The position numbers and the translations under genes are program-made. Shown here one piece after another: positions 63,711-64,000 of a stretch of 64,000 nucleotides of DNA. Below the pieces are notes generated by a model, which worked only from the letters and a program-made list of their open reading frames with translations, was not told where the DNA came from and ran no database searches. This DNA comes from Isurus oxyrinchus. Its lineage: Eukaryota. How positions within the stretch are numbered: position 1 is the first letter of the stretch; each line of letters starts with the position of its first letter. The stretch is from positions 90,954,001 through 91,018,000 of the forward strand of contig JANJGN010000014.1 in NCBI GenBank assembly GCA_026770705.1, given 5' to 3'.

Positions 63711-64000
63711 AAATATCATTTGGTTCTGTATCAGTTCATCCACAATTTTGAAGTGCTAACTGTCATCAAAATGGCAACTGTTGTCGTAAATAGGTCTTTG
63801 ATAGACCTTTTCATTAATTTGGCCAGAAGAGCTCTGCCTTGTTTCTAATGTGAGGATGGACATGTGCAATGTAACTTACAACTTTCCACTGTGTATTTGG
63901 TAAACAAATTTTCCTGAAGACAACCATTGTTAAGTAAGAAAGATTTAGTTTTGAAACACTAATATAAGTAAAGGGAGAAATTGAAGTTTGAGAGAAAACT

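Overview
Eukaryotic, repeat-dense vertebrate DNA, most likely from a cartilaginous fish (shark). This is an inference from the repeat families present. I see no intact protein-coding gene, and most short ORFs in the track are TE fragments or noise. The window is a nested graveyard of transposable elements: Neptune-type Penelope-like retroelements carrying minimal hammerhead-ribozyme motifs (three as head-to-head palindromic insertions with 14-18 bp TSDs); a Gmr1-type (PR-IN-RT-RH) Gypsy provirus with both LTRs; a truncated Mag-type Gypsy; four PIF/Harbinger elements and many derived MITEs; CR1/L2 fragments; tRNA-headed SINEs and a LINE sharing both of their ends; and solo LTRs. The most notable item is an EnSpm/CACTA-like DNA transposon (48.6-52.5 kb) carrying a spliced, decayed BEND5-like gene with an ETS-CRE promoter motif. 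Between the TEs are exon-like islands of an unidentified decayed multi-exon gene on the minus strand. All family assignments come from motifs read by eye, not from database searches.
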